From the IMG/VR virus record IMGVR_UViG_3300050016_000310: 53,108 bases of DNA. The stretch is one strand, 5' to 3'. This DNA is from a virus. Below, piece by piece: positions 1 to 8,380 of this stretch. The position numbers were made by a program, and so were the translations under genes. Under the pieces are notes generated by a model, which searched no databases, had not been told where the DNA came from, and was given only the letters and a program-made list of their open reading frames with translations. Each line of letters opens with the position of its first letter. The first letter of the stretch is position 1.

Positions 1-389
1 ACAGTTCCATTAAAATTGAGACCCCACACAGGGGCATTGGTGAGATCCGTCGCACCAGTAACAAATACTTTAAAACCGTTGAAGAATATCTGACCCACGC
101 CCCCAACGGGCCAGCTGACGCTGGAATAAAACATGTCCCGCTGCAAACTCAAAATCCCGGAAGTAAGGCTGGGCGCCCCATCCGATCCATCCCCATAACT
201 AATGTAATCGAGGAAAGGGGATCCCCCCGCCGTGCCCTTGTACGGGAGAGAATTGTATGCGGTTACGCCGTCACCCACTTTGATTTGAAAAGTGTCGGTT
301 TCAATCGCAGGCTCACACAGGAACAAGACCGGGTTATTGGCCGTCCAATTGGCTTTCGTATCCCGGCGTAATTTCCAAAGGATCGACAT
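1..389 (-). CDS. Fibre/virion protein with Mtd_N/hyaluronidase-like N-terminal domain; runs off the window start; paralog of 400-2046
   Basis: ATG at 389 with GGGGTAGAG upstream. Translation MSILWKLRRDTKANWTANNPVLFLCEPAIETDTFQIKVGDGVTAYNSLPY...GDGSDG...LQRDMFYSS is open to position 1. Confidence 0.75.
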   Translation of the reverse strand, partial: MSILWKLRRDTKANWTANNPVLFLCEPAIETDTFQIKVGDGVTAYNSLPYKGTAGGSPFLDYISYGDGSDGAPSLTSGILSLQRDMFYSSVSWPVGGVGQIFFNGFKVFVTGATDLTNAPVWGLNFNGT

Positions 390-399
390 TCTCTACCCC

Positions 400-2046
400 T
401 TACAAAGTTGCCTGGGTGTTGTTGCCCGCGCCGCCCGCGCCGCCCGTCGTCCCGGAAGCGGCTCCGCCCACCGTTCCGGCCGATCCAAAGGTTTCCATGC
501 AGGTGCTGGCCGTAACATTCAGAAGCGTAATGCGACCTCCGCTGCCACCCTGGCCACCGTTACCACCCGTTCCGGTACCAGCGCCGTTGGAACCGTTCCC
601 ACCATTCCCGCCCTGCGCCTGGAACATGTTGGTCTGCGCCGTCCCGAGCAACGCTGCATAGGCCACGTAAATCCAGCCCGCTCCTGCCCCTGAGCCCCCG
701 CCACCCCCGCCGGTATTCCCGGTCGCGGTCGCGCCACCATTGCCGCCATTTCCACCATTGACTTGAACGACATTGGCAGGACCGGTCGAATTCCGTTTGA
801 TCGTGTTGGCGTAGATCCCGATATTACCTGCGGAAGATCCTCCGCCTCCACTCCCACGACCCAAGACGCTCACGCTATCTCCCGCGCCGCTACCCCCACC
901 AGGGGCTCCCGCACCACTCGAAATAAGCGTGGCTCCTTTGAGTAAATTGACCGCGTAACGGCGCATGAGCAGAACTGATGTGATGAGCGCACCCAATCGG
1001 GAAGATCCGCCCGCTTGGTTACCCCCACTTGATCCAGATCCGCCACCGGCACCAGAAGTGCCAGACCCACCCCCATTGCCAACCGCGACAGCCCCTGTTG
1101 CGGTAGCCTGCGCCCCCACACCAACGATCCCCGCAATCCCTGCCCCACCTACGTTAGAGCCCCCCAGTGTGGCCGCTGCCCCGGCCGACACCCCCGCCGC
1201 CCCCGCCGCTGTTCCGGTGGAAGCTGCCCCGTTGTTGCCGTTGAAGAAAAGGGCTCCGGCAGGAGTATTCGTCCAATCCAGAATTCCACTGACAAATATC
1301 TTGTAAGCGCCACCATTGATCGTCCCGGTATTGTTGGACGTAACCTCAGCAGAAAACGTAATGGACGCGTCGCCCGTGCCGGTCGCCTTGGTCAGTGTGC
1401 CGGAAGAAGTTGGCGGTCCGGTCCCCACATTGCAGACTAAAGTCGTGCCACCTGCTATAGTCGTCTGGACCGTGAAGGTCTGGCCATTGTTTGTGTACGT
1501 CGCTCCGGCCGTCGCATTGGCCGAGGTCACGGTGAACGTGAAGATGGCAGGCCATGCCATGCTGGAGTAGTACATGTCACGGGTCAAAAGCGTCAGTCCG
1601 CTGGCTCCCAAGTAGGCTCCGTCGGACCCATCGCCCCAGTTCTCAATCACGTTCGTCGAAACTGGTCCCGTGATCCCGCCATACGGCAGGTTCACCCAAG
1701 ACGTGAGCCCATCGCCAAACTTGAAAAGCTGCGTGTCGGACTCAAGCCCCGGTTCTCCCGGGGCCAAAGTCGAATTATTGGTGAGCCAGGTAGCGGCCGG
1801 ATCTCGCCGCCATTGGTTTTTGCTCGTCGCCAGGATCGCAACCGACGAGAACGTGATGGTTGCGTCGCCCGTGCCGGAAGCTTTGGTCAGCGTGCCGGAA
1901 GACGTCGGAGCGCCAGAGCCATTCGTCGTCAGAGTGGTAGTGCCAGTGATCGTCAAATCGACCGTGAAAGTTGCCCCATTGTTGGTGTAGGTGCTACCGA
2001 CAGTCGCATTGGCAGCGGTTACGGTGAAAATATAAGTGCTGGCCAT
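400..2046 (-). CDS. Glycine-rich tail/whisker fibre protein (Mtd_N-like domain, two ~64-aa Thr-rich repeats, Gly-rich C-terminus)
   Basis: RRDPAATW..NSTLAPGEPGLESDTQLFKFGDG..W.NLPY motif, GDGSDG block and poly-Gly GGNGG/GGGGG repeats; lies in a fibre gene cluster. Confidence 0.75.
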   Translation of the reverse strand: MASTYIFTVTAANATVGSTYTNNGATFTVDLTITGTTTLTTNGSGAPTSSGTLTKASGTGDATITFSSVAILATSKNQWRRDPAATWLTNNSTLAPGEPGLESDTQLFKFGDGLTSWVNLPYGGITGPVSTNVIENWGDGSDGAYLGASGLTLLTRDMYYSSMAWPAIFTFTVTSANATAGATYTNNGQTFTVQTTIAGGTTLVCNVGTGPPTSSGTLTKATGTGDASITFSAEVTSNNTGTINGGAYKIFVSGILDWTNTPAGALFFNGNNGAASTGTAAGAAGVSAGAAATLGGSNVGGAGIAGIVGVGAQATATGAVAVGNGGGSGTSGAGGGSGSSGGNQAGGSSRLGALITSVLLMRRYAVNLLKGATLISSGAGAPGGGSGAGDSVSVLGRGSGGGGSSAGNIGIYANTIKRNSTGPANVVQVNGGNGGNGGATATGNTGGGGGGSGAGAGWIYVAYAALLGTAQTNMFQAQGGNGGNGSNGAGTGTGGNGGQGGSGGRITLLNVTASTCMETFGSAGTVGGAASGTTGGAGGAGNNTQATL

Positions 2047-2058
2047 CCCTATCCCCTT

Positions 2059-4809
2059 TTATCCAAGTGAGTTTCCACCATCGAAAATAACCGCAGGCGG
2101 TTGGGCCGCCGACCCACCTCCGTCAAAATTAGCCAGAGCCGGAATGTAAACCGGGTTGTTCCAAAACAGATTGTTCGCCCCGTCATTGGTAGGAACTGTT
2201 CCGGCAGCACCCACATTGGGTGGAAGCTGTAAGCTGATCGCAGAAGACGGATTCCAAAAAAGCGTCCCAACATTGGCCGCATTGAACTGTAGACTAGGGC
2301 TGGCTCCGCCATTGCCAATCAAGAAGTTGCTCAGGTACGTTCCACTGGACGTGTTGAGGGCTGCGCGAGTCGCGAGCACGATCGAGCCTGTTGTCGGATC
2401 GACTTTGTTCACGTAGGCGATGATCTGCGAGACGTTCGGAGACAGCGGCGCAGTCGTTTGGAATCCGCCCGCCACCGTGGCAGACAAATACAGGATCGCC
2501 CCTGCCGTATAGAGATGGGTATCGAGTCCACCCAGAATACCACCTGTCTGGATCCGTCCATAGCTGCCGGTCGCGATGGCTTCCATCGTGACGGCGAACG
2601 AAATGGTTGCAACCGAATTGCCCAGAGCCAGCGCGATTGTCGGGACCTGTCCGGTAATCCCAGCGAAAGAACCGTTCAGGTAGACGTTCTGACCGATCGG
2701 GATGGTCGAGCCTGAGTTGTTGTAAACGACGAAGACCGAGTCGCGACAGAGGGTCGTGACCATGCCGGTCTCATCGAGCAACCGAGCCCGTGAGAAGATC
2801 TGCGACAGGTCCGCATACTCCTCCATGATCCCGGCTGCCGGAGCGGCAGGAGTAGACGTGCGAGTCATGGCGACCGTGCTTGCCACGCTCACCGAGTTGA
2901 AGCCAGCGCTACCAGTCGCATCACGAGCCGCCAGCGTGTTCGGTACGCCGGTCGGACTGCTGTTCACCGGGTGAACGTGTCCCGCATCCGCATAGCGGTT
3001 GGTAGCGCCAGTAGCGCCAGTAGCGCCAGGTTGGATCGTCGTGATGTCGGAGAGCAGTCCCAGGATGATGTTGGAGTTCAGGAAGGAGCGCTGATCACCC
3101 AACACCGTGACGGTGCCACTGAGGGTCGTGTAGAGCGCCATCGGGACGCAGCCCGGGGGTAGAACGCCAGTCGTGTTGACTGTGACCACATGCGTAGTCG
3201 GGTCCACGTAGATCGCACCAGACGGCGTGTTGTCCGTCAAAGCCAGAGATCCAACAGGGATCGCGAACTGGGTGCCGTTGATTCTGATAGCGCCGCTGTT
3301 GTAGTTGACCGTCAGGCCACTTCCCGGGTAAGTGAGCCGCAGGACATTGGCGAGCGGCATCACGTTGACTAAGGACCGCTCATCGGTCGTACTCGTCACG
3401 GCGGTGGGGCCGGAGACAAACTGTGCGATCAGCAGAGCATCTACTCCAGGCGGCGTCGTGGAAGAGGTCACGAATGGTGCGCCGAGTGCGTTGATCGAAA
3501 TGTAGATGTAGCCCAGCGTGACGTTCGCAGCGACCGTGATGTTTCCCGCAGGGAGCTGAACGGTACTTCCATTCAGGCCGTTGGAAAAGCGCCCGCCCGT
3601 ATAGTTGATGACCAACCCGGCGAAGCTCGTGATGACGAATTCGTTCGGTCCCACCGTCGTATCGACCGTGATGACGCTGCCCGCAGTAGTCGCAACTGTC
3701 CCATTACCGCCAGTTACGGATCCACCGAAGACACCCGTCTGTCCGGTCGCCCCCGTGTTTCCGTTAATCCCGGCCAAGCCTTGGGGGCCGGTAGGGCCGG
3801 TAATGCCAGTAGCGCCATCCACACCCGTCAACCCGGTCGAACCCGTCTGGCCATTCGCGCCATCCACACCCGTCAACCCGGTCGAACCCGTCTGGCCGGA
3901 AGCTCCCGTCGCGCCGGTATTCCCTGCGCCCGTGGGACCGGTTGGCCCCGTGGGACCGGGAACGCTTGAATCAGCTCCCGTCGGACCTGTCGAGCCGGTA
4001 AATCCGGTGAATCCTGTCTGTCCCATCGCGCCGCCCGCGCCCGTCGGACCCACAGCTCCCGTTGCTCCAGTCGAGCCGGTGATTCCGATGCCCGTCTCAC
4101 CGGTCTCACCTTGATCACCATTCGCGCCCGTCGGACCCACAGCCCCCGTCTGTCCAGTCGAGCCGGTCGGACCCGTCACGGTAGAGTCAGCACCCGTCGG
4201 GCCTGTTACGCCTGCGGCTCCTGTCGAGCCGGTGGATCCGGTTGCTCCCGTCGCTCCCGCGCGGCCCGTGAAGCCCGTGCTGCCGGTCTGGCCACCTGCG
4301 CCGGTCGGACCCGTCACGGTTGAATCGGCGCCTGTGACGCCAGTCATGCCGGTCGCCCCCGTGCTGCCGGTCCCGCCAACCGCGCCGGTCGGACCCGTAT
4401 AACCAGAATTTCCAATTGCGCCGGTCGGACCCGTCGAGCCCGTTTCGCCCGCGCCCGTGACGCCAGTTAGGCCAGTCGCACCCGTCGCCCCCGTGCCGCC
4501 GGTCCCGCCAACCGCGCCGGTCGGACCCGTCGAGCCTGTCTGACCCGTCGTCCCGGTGTTGCCCGTCGGCCCCATCGCGATCCCCGTGGGGGAAGGCGGG
4601 GGAGGAGGGGGCGGAACGGGCGACCCGTTGTAGATGATCTGGAAAATGTCGGGGTTGTAGGGAGCGACGATCGCCGCATTGTACTGGGCCCGGCTGATCC
4701 CAACGGACGCCGCACCGGCAATATTGATCCCCTGCTGAATACCATCAAGGACGAAGATGAACGTCTGAGGGAGATTCGTGAGATTTTGAATCAGTGCAAC
4801 ATTTGCCAT
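2059..4809 (-). CDS. Collagen-like (Gly-X-Thr) fibre protein, 916 aa
   Basis: Roughly 90 consecutive G-X-T/G-X-Y triplets (about aa 80-360) follow a poly-Pro linker; the C-terminal domains are beta-rich. Confidence 0.8.
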   Translation of the reverse strand: MANVALIQNLTNLPQTFIFVLDGIQQGINIAGAASVGISRAQYNAAIVAPYNPDIFQIIYNGSPVPPPPPPPSPTGIAMGPTGNTGTTGQTGSTGPTGAVGGTGGTGATGATGLTGVTGAGETGSTGPTGAIGNSGYTGPTGAVGGTGSTGATGMTGVTGADSTVTGPTGAGGQTGSTGFTGRAGATGATGSTGSTGAAGVTGPTGADSTVTGPTGSTGQTGAVGPTGANGDQGETGETGIGITGSTGATGAVGPTGAGGAMGQTGFTGFTGSTGPTGADSSVPGPTGPTGPTGAGNTGATGASGQTGSTGLTGVDGANGQTGSTGLTGVDGATGITGPTGPQGLAGINGNTGATGQTGVFGGSVTGGNGTVATTAGSVITVDTTVGPNEFVITSFAGLVINYTGGRFSNGLNGSTVQLPAGNITVAANVTLGYIYISINALGAPFVTSSTTPPGVDALLIAQFVSGPTAVTSTTDERSLVNVMPLANVLRLTYPGSGLTVNYNSGAIRINGTQFAIPVGSLALTDNTPSGAIYVDPTTHVVTVNTTGVLPPGCVPMALYTTLSGTVTVLGDQRSFLNSNIILGLLSDITTIQPGATGATGATNRYADAGHVHPVNSSPTGVPNTLAARDATGSAGFNSVSVASTVAMTRTSTPAAPAAGIMEEYADLSQIFSRARLLDETGMVTTLCRDSVFVVYNNSGSTIPIGQNVYLNGSFAGITGQVPTIALALGNSVATISFAVTMEAIATGSYGRIQTGGILGGLDTHLYTAGAILYLSATVAGGFQTTAPLSPNVSQIIAYVNKVDPTTGSIVLATRAALNTSSGTYLSNFLIGNGGASPSLQFNAANVGTLFWNPSSAISLQLPPNVGAAGTVPTNDGANNLFWNNPVYIPALANFDGGGSAAQPPAVIFDGGNSLG

Positions 4810-4883
4810 CGAATCCCTCAGAAGGCCCCAGTGGATAAAACTGTGAGCCTCTTAAAGAATAAGACGAAAATGACAGTGGAGAA

Positions 4884-5060
4884 CTGCGCGACCTCGCGCA
4901 GGTGAGGGAATAAATCGAATGCCGGTCTTTCCCGGCTGCCAGCTGAAATTACACGTCCAGCCCGTGACCGTTATCGGCATAACGATCAGCCTCTACCCTT
5001 TTCGAACGCCTTTTTAGCGCCTCAACCCACGCCTACGCGCAGGGGGATGTGGGGATTCCA
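4884..5060 (-). ncRNA. Candidate structured non-coding RNA immediately 3' of the suppressor tRNA
   Basis: Several stems in a 180-nt ORF-free gap: TGATCGTTAT-GCCG-ATAACGGTCA (4965-4988), GCTGGA/TTCAGC, GCCGG-GAAAGA-CCGGC (4921-4936), CTGCGCG-AGGT-CGCGCAG (4884-4901) and CCCAC...GTGGG. Confidence 0.5.
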
Positions 5061-5062
5061 AA

Positions 5063-5138
5063 TGGAGGGGGCACAGGGATTTGAACCCCGGATCAAGACT
5101 TTGAAAGTCCCTGCTTTAGGCCACTAAGCTATACCCCC
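5063..5138 (-). tRNA. tRNA with anticodon UCA (opal/UGA suppressor), discriminator U73, encoded CCA
   Basis: Reverse complement folds as GGGGGTA TA GCTT-AGTGGCCTA-AAGC A GGGAC-TT TCA AA-GTCTT GATC CGGGG-TTCAAAT-CCCTG TGCCCCC T CCA. This is a full 76-nt cloverleaf with a 4-nt variable loop, unlike tRNA-Sec. Confidence 0.93.
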
Positions 5139-5176
5139 GACATACTAGGATCCCTTTACCATCCCGCGCCAGATTT

Positions 5177-5497
5177 TCAACCCGGGACCATCGACATCAT
5201 CCGGAGTCTCTTGGTCAAGCGCTTCCACCCCAAGCCCACCACGGCCGTCAGCTTGTCCTCCAGATCCGGCTCGCGGAAGAGTGCCCGAGGTCCCAGGGAC
5301 AGATCGTCCCGGACCCTGGCCTGCCAGAAAGCTTCCAGATCCTCCACCTGGAGCAACACGACTATCCCATTCCCCCACGGGGTCCCCGGGTTCTCCAAAC
5401 AGTACTGAGTGGCTCCATGGACCGCCTGGACAGCCTTCTGTTCAGGGGAGAGCCCCGCGTCCAGGATCACATAGAGTTTCTCCTCAGCCGACAGCAC
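5177..5497 (-). CDS. Peptidyl-tRNA hydrolase II (PTH2)-like protein
   Basis: GTG start at 5497 with GGAGG SD. Motifs KLYVILDAGLSPEQKAVQAVHG, VVLLQV and FREPDLEDKLTAV are typical of phage PTH2-like proteins. Confidence 0.75.
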   Translation of the reverse strand: MLSAEEKLYVILDAGLSPEQKAVQAVHGATQYCLENPGTPWGNGIVVLLQVEDLEAFWQARVRDDLSLGPRALFREPDLEDKLTAVVGLGWKRLTKRLRMMSMVPG

Positions 5498-5828
5498 GAG
5501 GCACCTCCAGGACATCAGCAGCCCGCTCCGCCTCCAGGCGCGGCCGGTAGACCGCCAGAAGCTCGTCAATCTGCTCCTGAAACCGGTACGGCGTGTATCG
5601 GCGCGACGGTTCGATCTGCTCCATCGTTCTACCGCGCAGGAGACATCTGACGATGTGTAGATAACGAAACTTCGCACCCAACCCCTGCGGATCCAGCAGG
5701 GGATAAGTAAAGGGAAGCTTCCGGGATTCATTGGACTGGGCTTGCCGGTAGAGAGGACGGGATTCGCGGATCTGGGCGGCCAAAGACTTCAGTTCAGTTT
5801 TCATTTCAAGCAAAACAACAGATTTCAT
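5484..5828 (-). CDS. Hypothetical phage protein (LK.LAAQIR...R.LHI..CLLRGR.MEQIE), translationally coupled to the PTH2-like gene
   Basis: ATG at 5828 with GGAG SD 6 nt upstream; its end overlaps the PTH2 start. Confidence 0.7.
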   Translation of the reverse strand: MKSVVLLEMKTELKSLAAQIRESRPLYRQAQSNESRKLPFTYPLLDPQGLGAKFRYLHIVRCLLRGRTMEQIEPSRRYTPYRFQEQIDELLAVYRPRLEAERAADVLEVPRAVG

Positions 5829-5884
5829 AAAATTCTCCAAAGGTTTGAGGGTGAGACTCATAGACAGAAACCTTGGAGATTTTT
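5829..5884 (-). promoter_or_regulatory. SD-sequestering hairpin (putative translational attenuator)
   Basis: On the minus strand AAAATCTCCAAGGTTT pairs with AAACCTTTGGAGAATTTT, so CTCC masks the GGAG SD of the ATG at 5828. Confidence 0.7.
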
Positions 5885-5918
5885 AGGGAGGCTTGAAGAT
5901 TCAATGAGACCGAAACAT
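5883..5918 (-). CDS. Putative leader peptide MFRSH-(UGA)-IFKPP-(UAA)
   Basis: AAAGGA SD 7 nt before ATG 5918; codons ATG TTT CGG TCT CAT TGA ATC TTC AAG CCT CCC TAA. Confidence 0.6.
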
Positions 5919-5954
5919 GACCTGATCCTTTCGAGGCGCTACGGCCTCATCCAT

Positions 5955-5983
5955 ACAGTGGGAACGAGACTTTAACTTGTCAA
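5955..5983 (-). promoter_or_regulatory. sigma70-like promoter for the leader/PTH2/tRNA unit
   Basis: TTGACA-17 nt-CACTGT: perfect -35, weak -10. Confidence 0.45.
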
Positions 5984-6423
5984 CCAGGACCCTTCGCTTT
6001 CCGGGAGGCCGCGAGATTCTCTTCAAGGGCCTTCGTCAAAAATTCAATGACCTGCGGGATTTCTTTGTCGGTCAGGTTGAAGTTTTCTTTTTCATTCCCG
6101 ATCTGCACATACGGAGTGCCGTCCGTACTCTGCGTCTTCCGCTTCAGTTCCACCGTGCCCATGTCCAACCCATCGCTGGTTCTTGGGTTCAGCTGGAGGG
6201 ATGAGGGTTCCCCTTCCGAAGACAGGACCTTCGCCACCGAGGCATAGTCCAAGCCCAGGCCCCGCGCAAAGCCAACGTCCTCCGCGCAGTCCGGGCAGAG
6301 CCTCAGCTTGTCACTCAGCTGGGCCGGATTTTTATGGCAAAGCCTGCATGGGCAAGCACCAGCGGGCTTTGCCGCAGCTTCCACAATCGAAGCCAATACT
6401 GGGTATTTGGCCAAACGTCCCAT
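5980..6423 (-). CDS. Hypothetical Zn-finger protein with N-terminal YPVLASIV motif
   Basis: ATG 6423 lies 7 nt after TTATTT; contains CPCRLC...CPDC. Confidence 0.65.
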   Translation of the reverse strand: MGRLAKYPVLASIVEAAAKPAGACPCRLCHKNPAQLSDKLRLCPDCAEDVGFARGLGLDYASVAKVLSSEGEPSSLQLNPRTSDGLDMGTVELKRKTQSTDGTPYVQIGNEKENFNLTDKEIPQVIEFLTKALEENLAASRKAKGPG

Positions 6424-6437
6424 GTCCAGAAAATAAC

Positions 6438-7046
6438 CTACGCTGGGGAGTAGCCCCACTCATGGAGGCTGTCGCCGTTCGTAAAGAGATCCTTGGCTTT
6501 GACCGTCTTGGTCAGGATTTGATATTGCCCGTTGAGGGCAGAGATTCCGTGCTGCTTTGCGTAGTTCCGGCTGATCGACACCCAATCCCCCGGGTGGATC
6601 ACCCTCTTTTCTGCGGGAGCGCTGGGGGGCTGTGCTTGGAGTTTTTCCAGCTCATCGGAGATCTGGTCGTAAAACTTGTGCCGATCCATTCCTCTCAGGT
6701 CCACGTCTCGTGGAAATTTCCCGTACTTCTGAACGTATCGTTTCTGCGTCTCGATCTCCTGGATCCGATCTTCCCTCGTTAGGGCTTTCGGGACCGCCCG
6801 GTAGATCTTCACCAAGGCATTAGGTCTGCCTCGGCAACGCTGCATCAGCCCCACGGAGAGTCGATCTTCTCCCCCGCCACCCTGATCCCCATAGAGACGG
6901 GCACCTTCAAACGAGTAGATGTCCTCCGGGTAGACCCCGGTCAGATCATGCATCGGAGCGCCGCTGTCTTTGTCCGGGGCGGAATGCTCACCCCGGTACT
7001 CCCCGGGAGCGACCGCAAGGATCCGGGCAAGCGCCGGGAAAAGCGT
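6438..7046 (-). CDS. Putative ADP-ribosyltransferase-fold domain; the coding frame begins directly after the UGA of 7047-7382
   Basis: The frame is open from 7046: TLFPALARILAVAPGEYRGEHSAP...GAPMHDL...YPEDIY...VKIYRAVPK...IHPGDWVSISRNYAKQHG...LHEWGY. The first standard start is at 6953. The R...S.S...E pattern suggests an ART fold (inference). Confidence 0.6.
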   Translation of the reverse strand, partial: TLFPALARILAVAPGEYRGEHSAPDKDSGAPMHDLTGVYPEDIYSFEGARLYGDQGGGGEDRLSVGLMQRCRGRPNALVKIYRAVPKALTREDRIQEIETQKRYVQKYGKFPRDVDLRGMDRHKFYDQISDELEKLQAQPPSAPAEKRVIHPGDWVSISRNYAKQHGISALNGQYQILTKTVKAKDLFTNGDSLHEWGYSPA

Positions 7047-7382
7047 TCAAGTCCTTTGCGCACGCTTGCGCTTCTTCGCATCATCGATCCGGTCCAGGCG
7101 AGCCAGGATGGAATTGGCGAGCTTCTGCTTCTTGCGCTCGACCAGTTCATTGGCCATCGCGCGGATCTGGGCGACCTGATTGTCAGACAACCCCAGCTCC
7201 TCCTCGCGGATCTCGGGCTCCGGGATCTTGGGCAAAAGTTTGTCGAGCGCATCCATGGCGTCTTCCGATCTGAGGGCCAACACGGTCATCTCCCGCGCCA
7301 ACACCTCATCGCCCGCCTTGAAGGTCTGGCGAGCGACGTAAATCAACCGCTGAGTGGGATGGGTGGGCGTGGAGTTCGGCAT
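7047..7382 (-). CDS. Hypothetical coiled-coil protein, ends in UGA in frame with the downstream ORF
   Basis: AAGG SD, TTATTC motif at 7407-7412, helical charged sequence. Confidence 0.7.
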   Translation of the reverse strand: MPNSTPTHPTQRLIYVARQTFKAGDEVLAREMTVLALRSEDAMDALDKLLPKIPEPEIREEELGLSDNQVAQIRAMANELVERKKQKLANSILARLDRIDDAKKRKRAQRT

Positions 7383-7480
7383 AACCTTCTTGGGAACCTT
7401 TACTAAGAATAAGCAATAAAAAGAGAAGGGTAGCTCGTCTTTAATCTGTTGTAAGTACTTGACTATTATGGTAATATATT

Positions 7481-8347
7481 TTGATGAACTACCTTACTGA
7501 ATCCAAACTGGGCAACATTCTAAAAAGCGTCTTCTTTACCTCTCAAGTTGAAGGACAATTCAGGATTAATTTGGAAGGGACTTCCTTCCGTAAGATAGAT
7601 TATCGGGTGGTTCTGTCTGAGGAGGACGCCCTCAAATTCCTAAAACTGCCCTATTTTTCGGCCCAACATTTTGAAGACCAAATTGAGATAAAAGATTCCT
7701 CAGTCATCCTATTACTTGAATTTGATGGACATCAACATTATGAAAATGTGAAAGCACACAAGGATAGGGGGACGGGGTTGGGTTTCTGCGCATGGGAAGA
7801 GATCGACTCTACCACCTTTGGCCTTCGTATTCCTTATTGGCTTCAATTAGACCGAAGGCTCATGCACTTATGGTTTGGTATCTTTGAAGCTTACAATGAA
7901 GACTTTCCTCAAGGATTTATCTCTCCAAAAGTAAAGCTACCCAGCTATTTTGGGGTTTCTGGAGAGAGTAGATTTCTTAAGGAGATGGAAACTATCCCCT
8001 CAGAAATTTCAAAAGAAGTTTATGAATCCTTGTTAAAGAAAGAAATCAAATTTGGTGCCCCTCAAGTAGCTTCGCTGAAACTTTGGGGAGAGTTACTTCG
8101 TAAATTTGATCCAGAGAGAAGCAGGCTGCTGAAGAAATTTTTAGCAGTAGGGTGTGAACCTTCCAAGTTCTATAAAAGATTCCCTAAAACTCTTTACGAA
8201 GCACATGAAAGAGACCATCTCACTGCATCTATTTATCAGGGCTATTTTATCGAACCTAAATCAGAAGAAAAATTCCAAGAATCCCTGCTCCAGTACAAGC
8301 GCTACCACAAAATTAAAAACGGGAGAGGCAGCGCCTCTCCCGTTTGA
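7481..8347 (+). CDS. AT-rich PD-(D/E)XK/Vsr-like putative homing endonuclease
   Basis: KIDY...LLEFDGHQHY...LRIPYW motifs; markedly lower GC than the flanks; oriented opposite to its neighbours, just downstream of the capsid gene. Confidence 0.65.
   Translation: MMNYLTESKLGNILKSVFFTSQVEGQFRINLEGTSFRKIDYRVVLSEEDALKFLKLPYFSAQHFEDQIEIKDSSVILLLEFDGHQHYENVKAHKDRGTGLGFCAWEEIDSTTFGLRIPYWLQLDRRLMHLWFGIFEAYNEDFPQGFISPKVKLPSYFGVSGESRFLKEMETIPSEISKEVYESLLKKEIKFGAPQVASLKLWGELLRKFDPERSRLLKKFLAVGCEPSKFYKRFPKTLYEAHERDHLTASIYQGYFIEPKSEEKFQESLLQYKRYHKIKNGRGSASPV
8315..8345. terminator. Bidirectional intrinsic terminator downstream of the major capsid gene
   Basis: AAAAACGGGAGAGGC-AGC-GCCTCTCCCGTTT. Confidence 0.75.
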
Positions 8348-8380
8348 ATTTTCAGAACCGAGAATCGACACCGAGGTCGA

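Noticed and set aside
3740-4570. CRISPR-like or tandem DNA repeats (e.g. CCGGTCGGACCCGT; 45-nt duplication near 3811-3897)
   Set aside because: These are codon-level consequences of Gly-X-Thr collagen repeats; there is no repeat-spacer structure and no cas genes.
1-4809. Diversity-generating retroelement acting on the Mtd_N-containing fibres
   Set aside because: No reverse transcriptase and no adenine-mismatched TR/VR pair were seen in this window.
5063-5138. tRNA-Sec interpretation of the UCA tRNA
   Set aside because: It is 76 nt with a 7-bp acceptor stem, a 4-nt variable loop and U73. tRNA-Sec has a long variable arm, an extended acceptor stem and G73.
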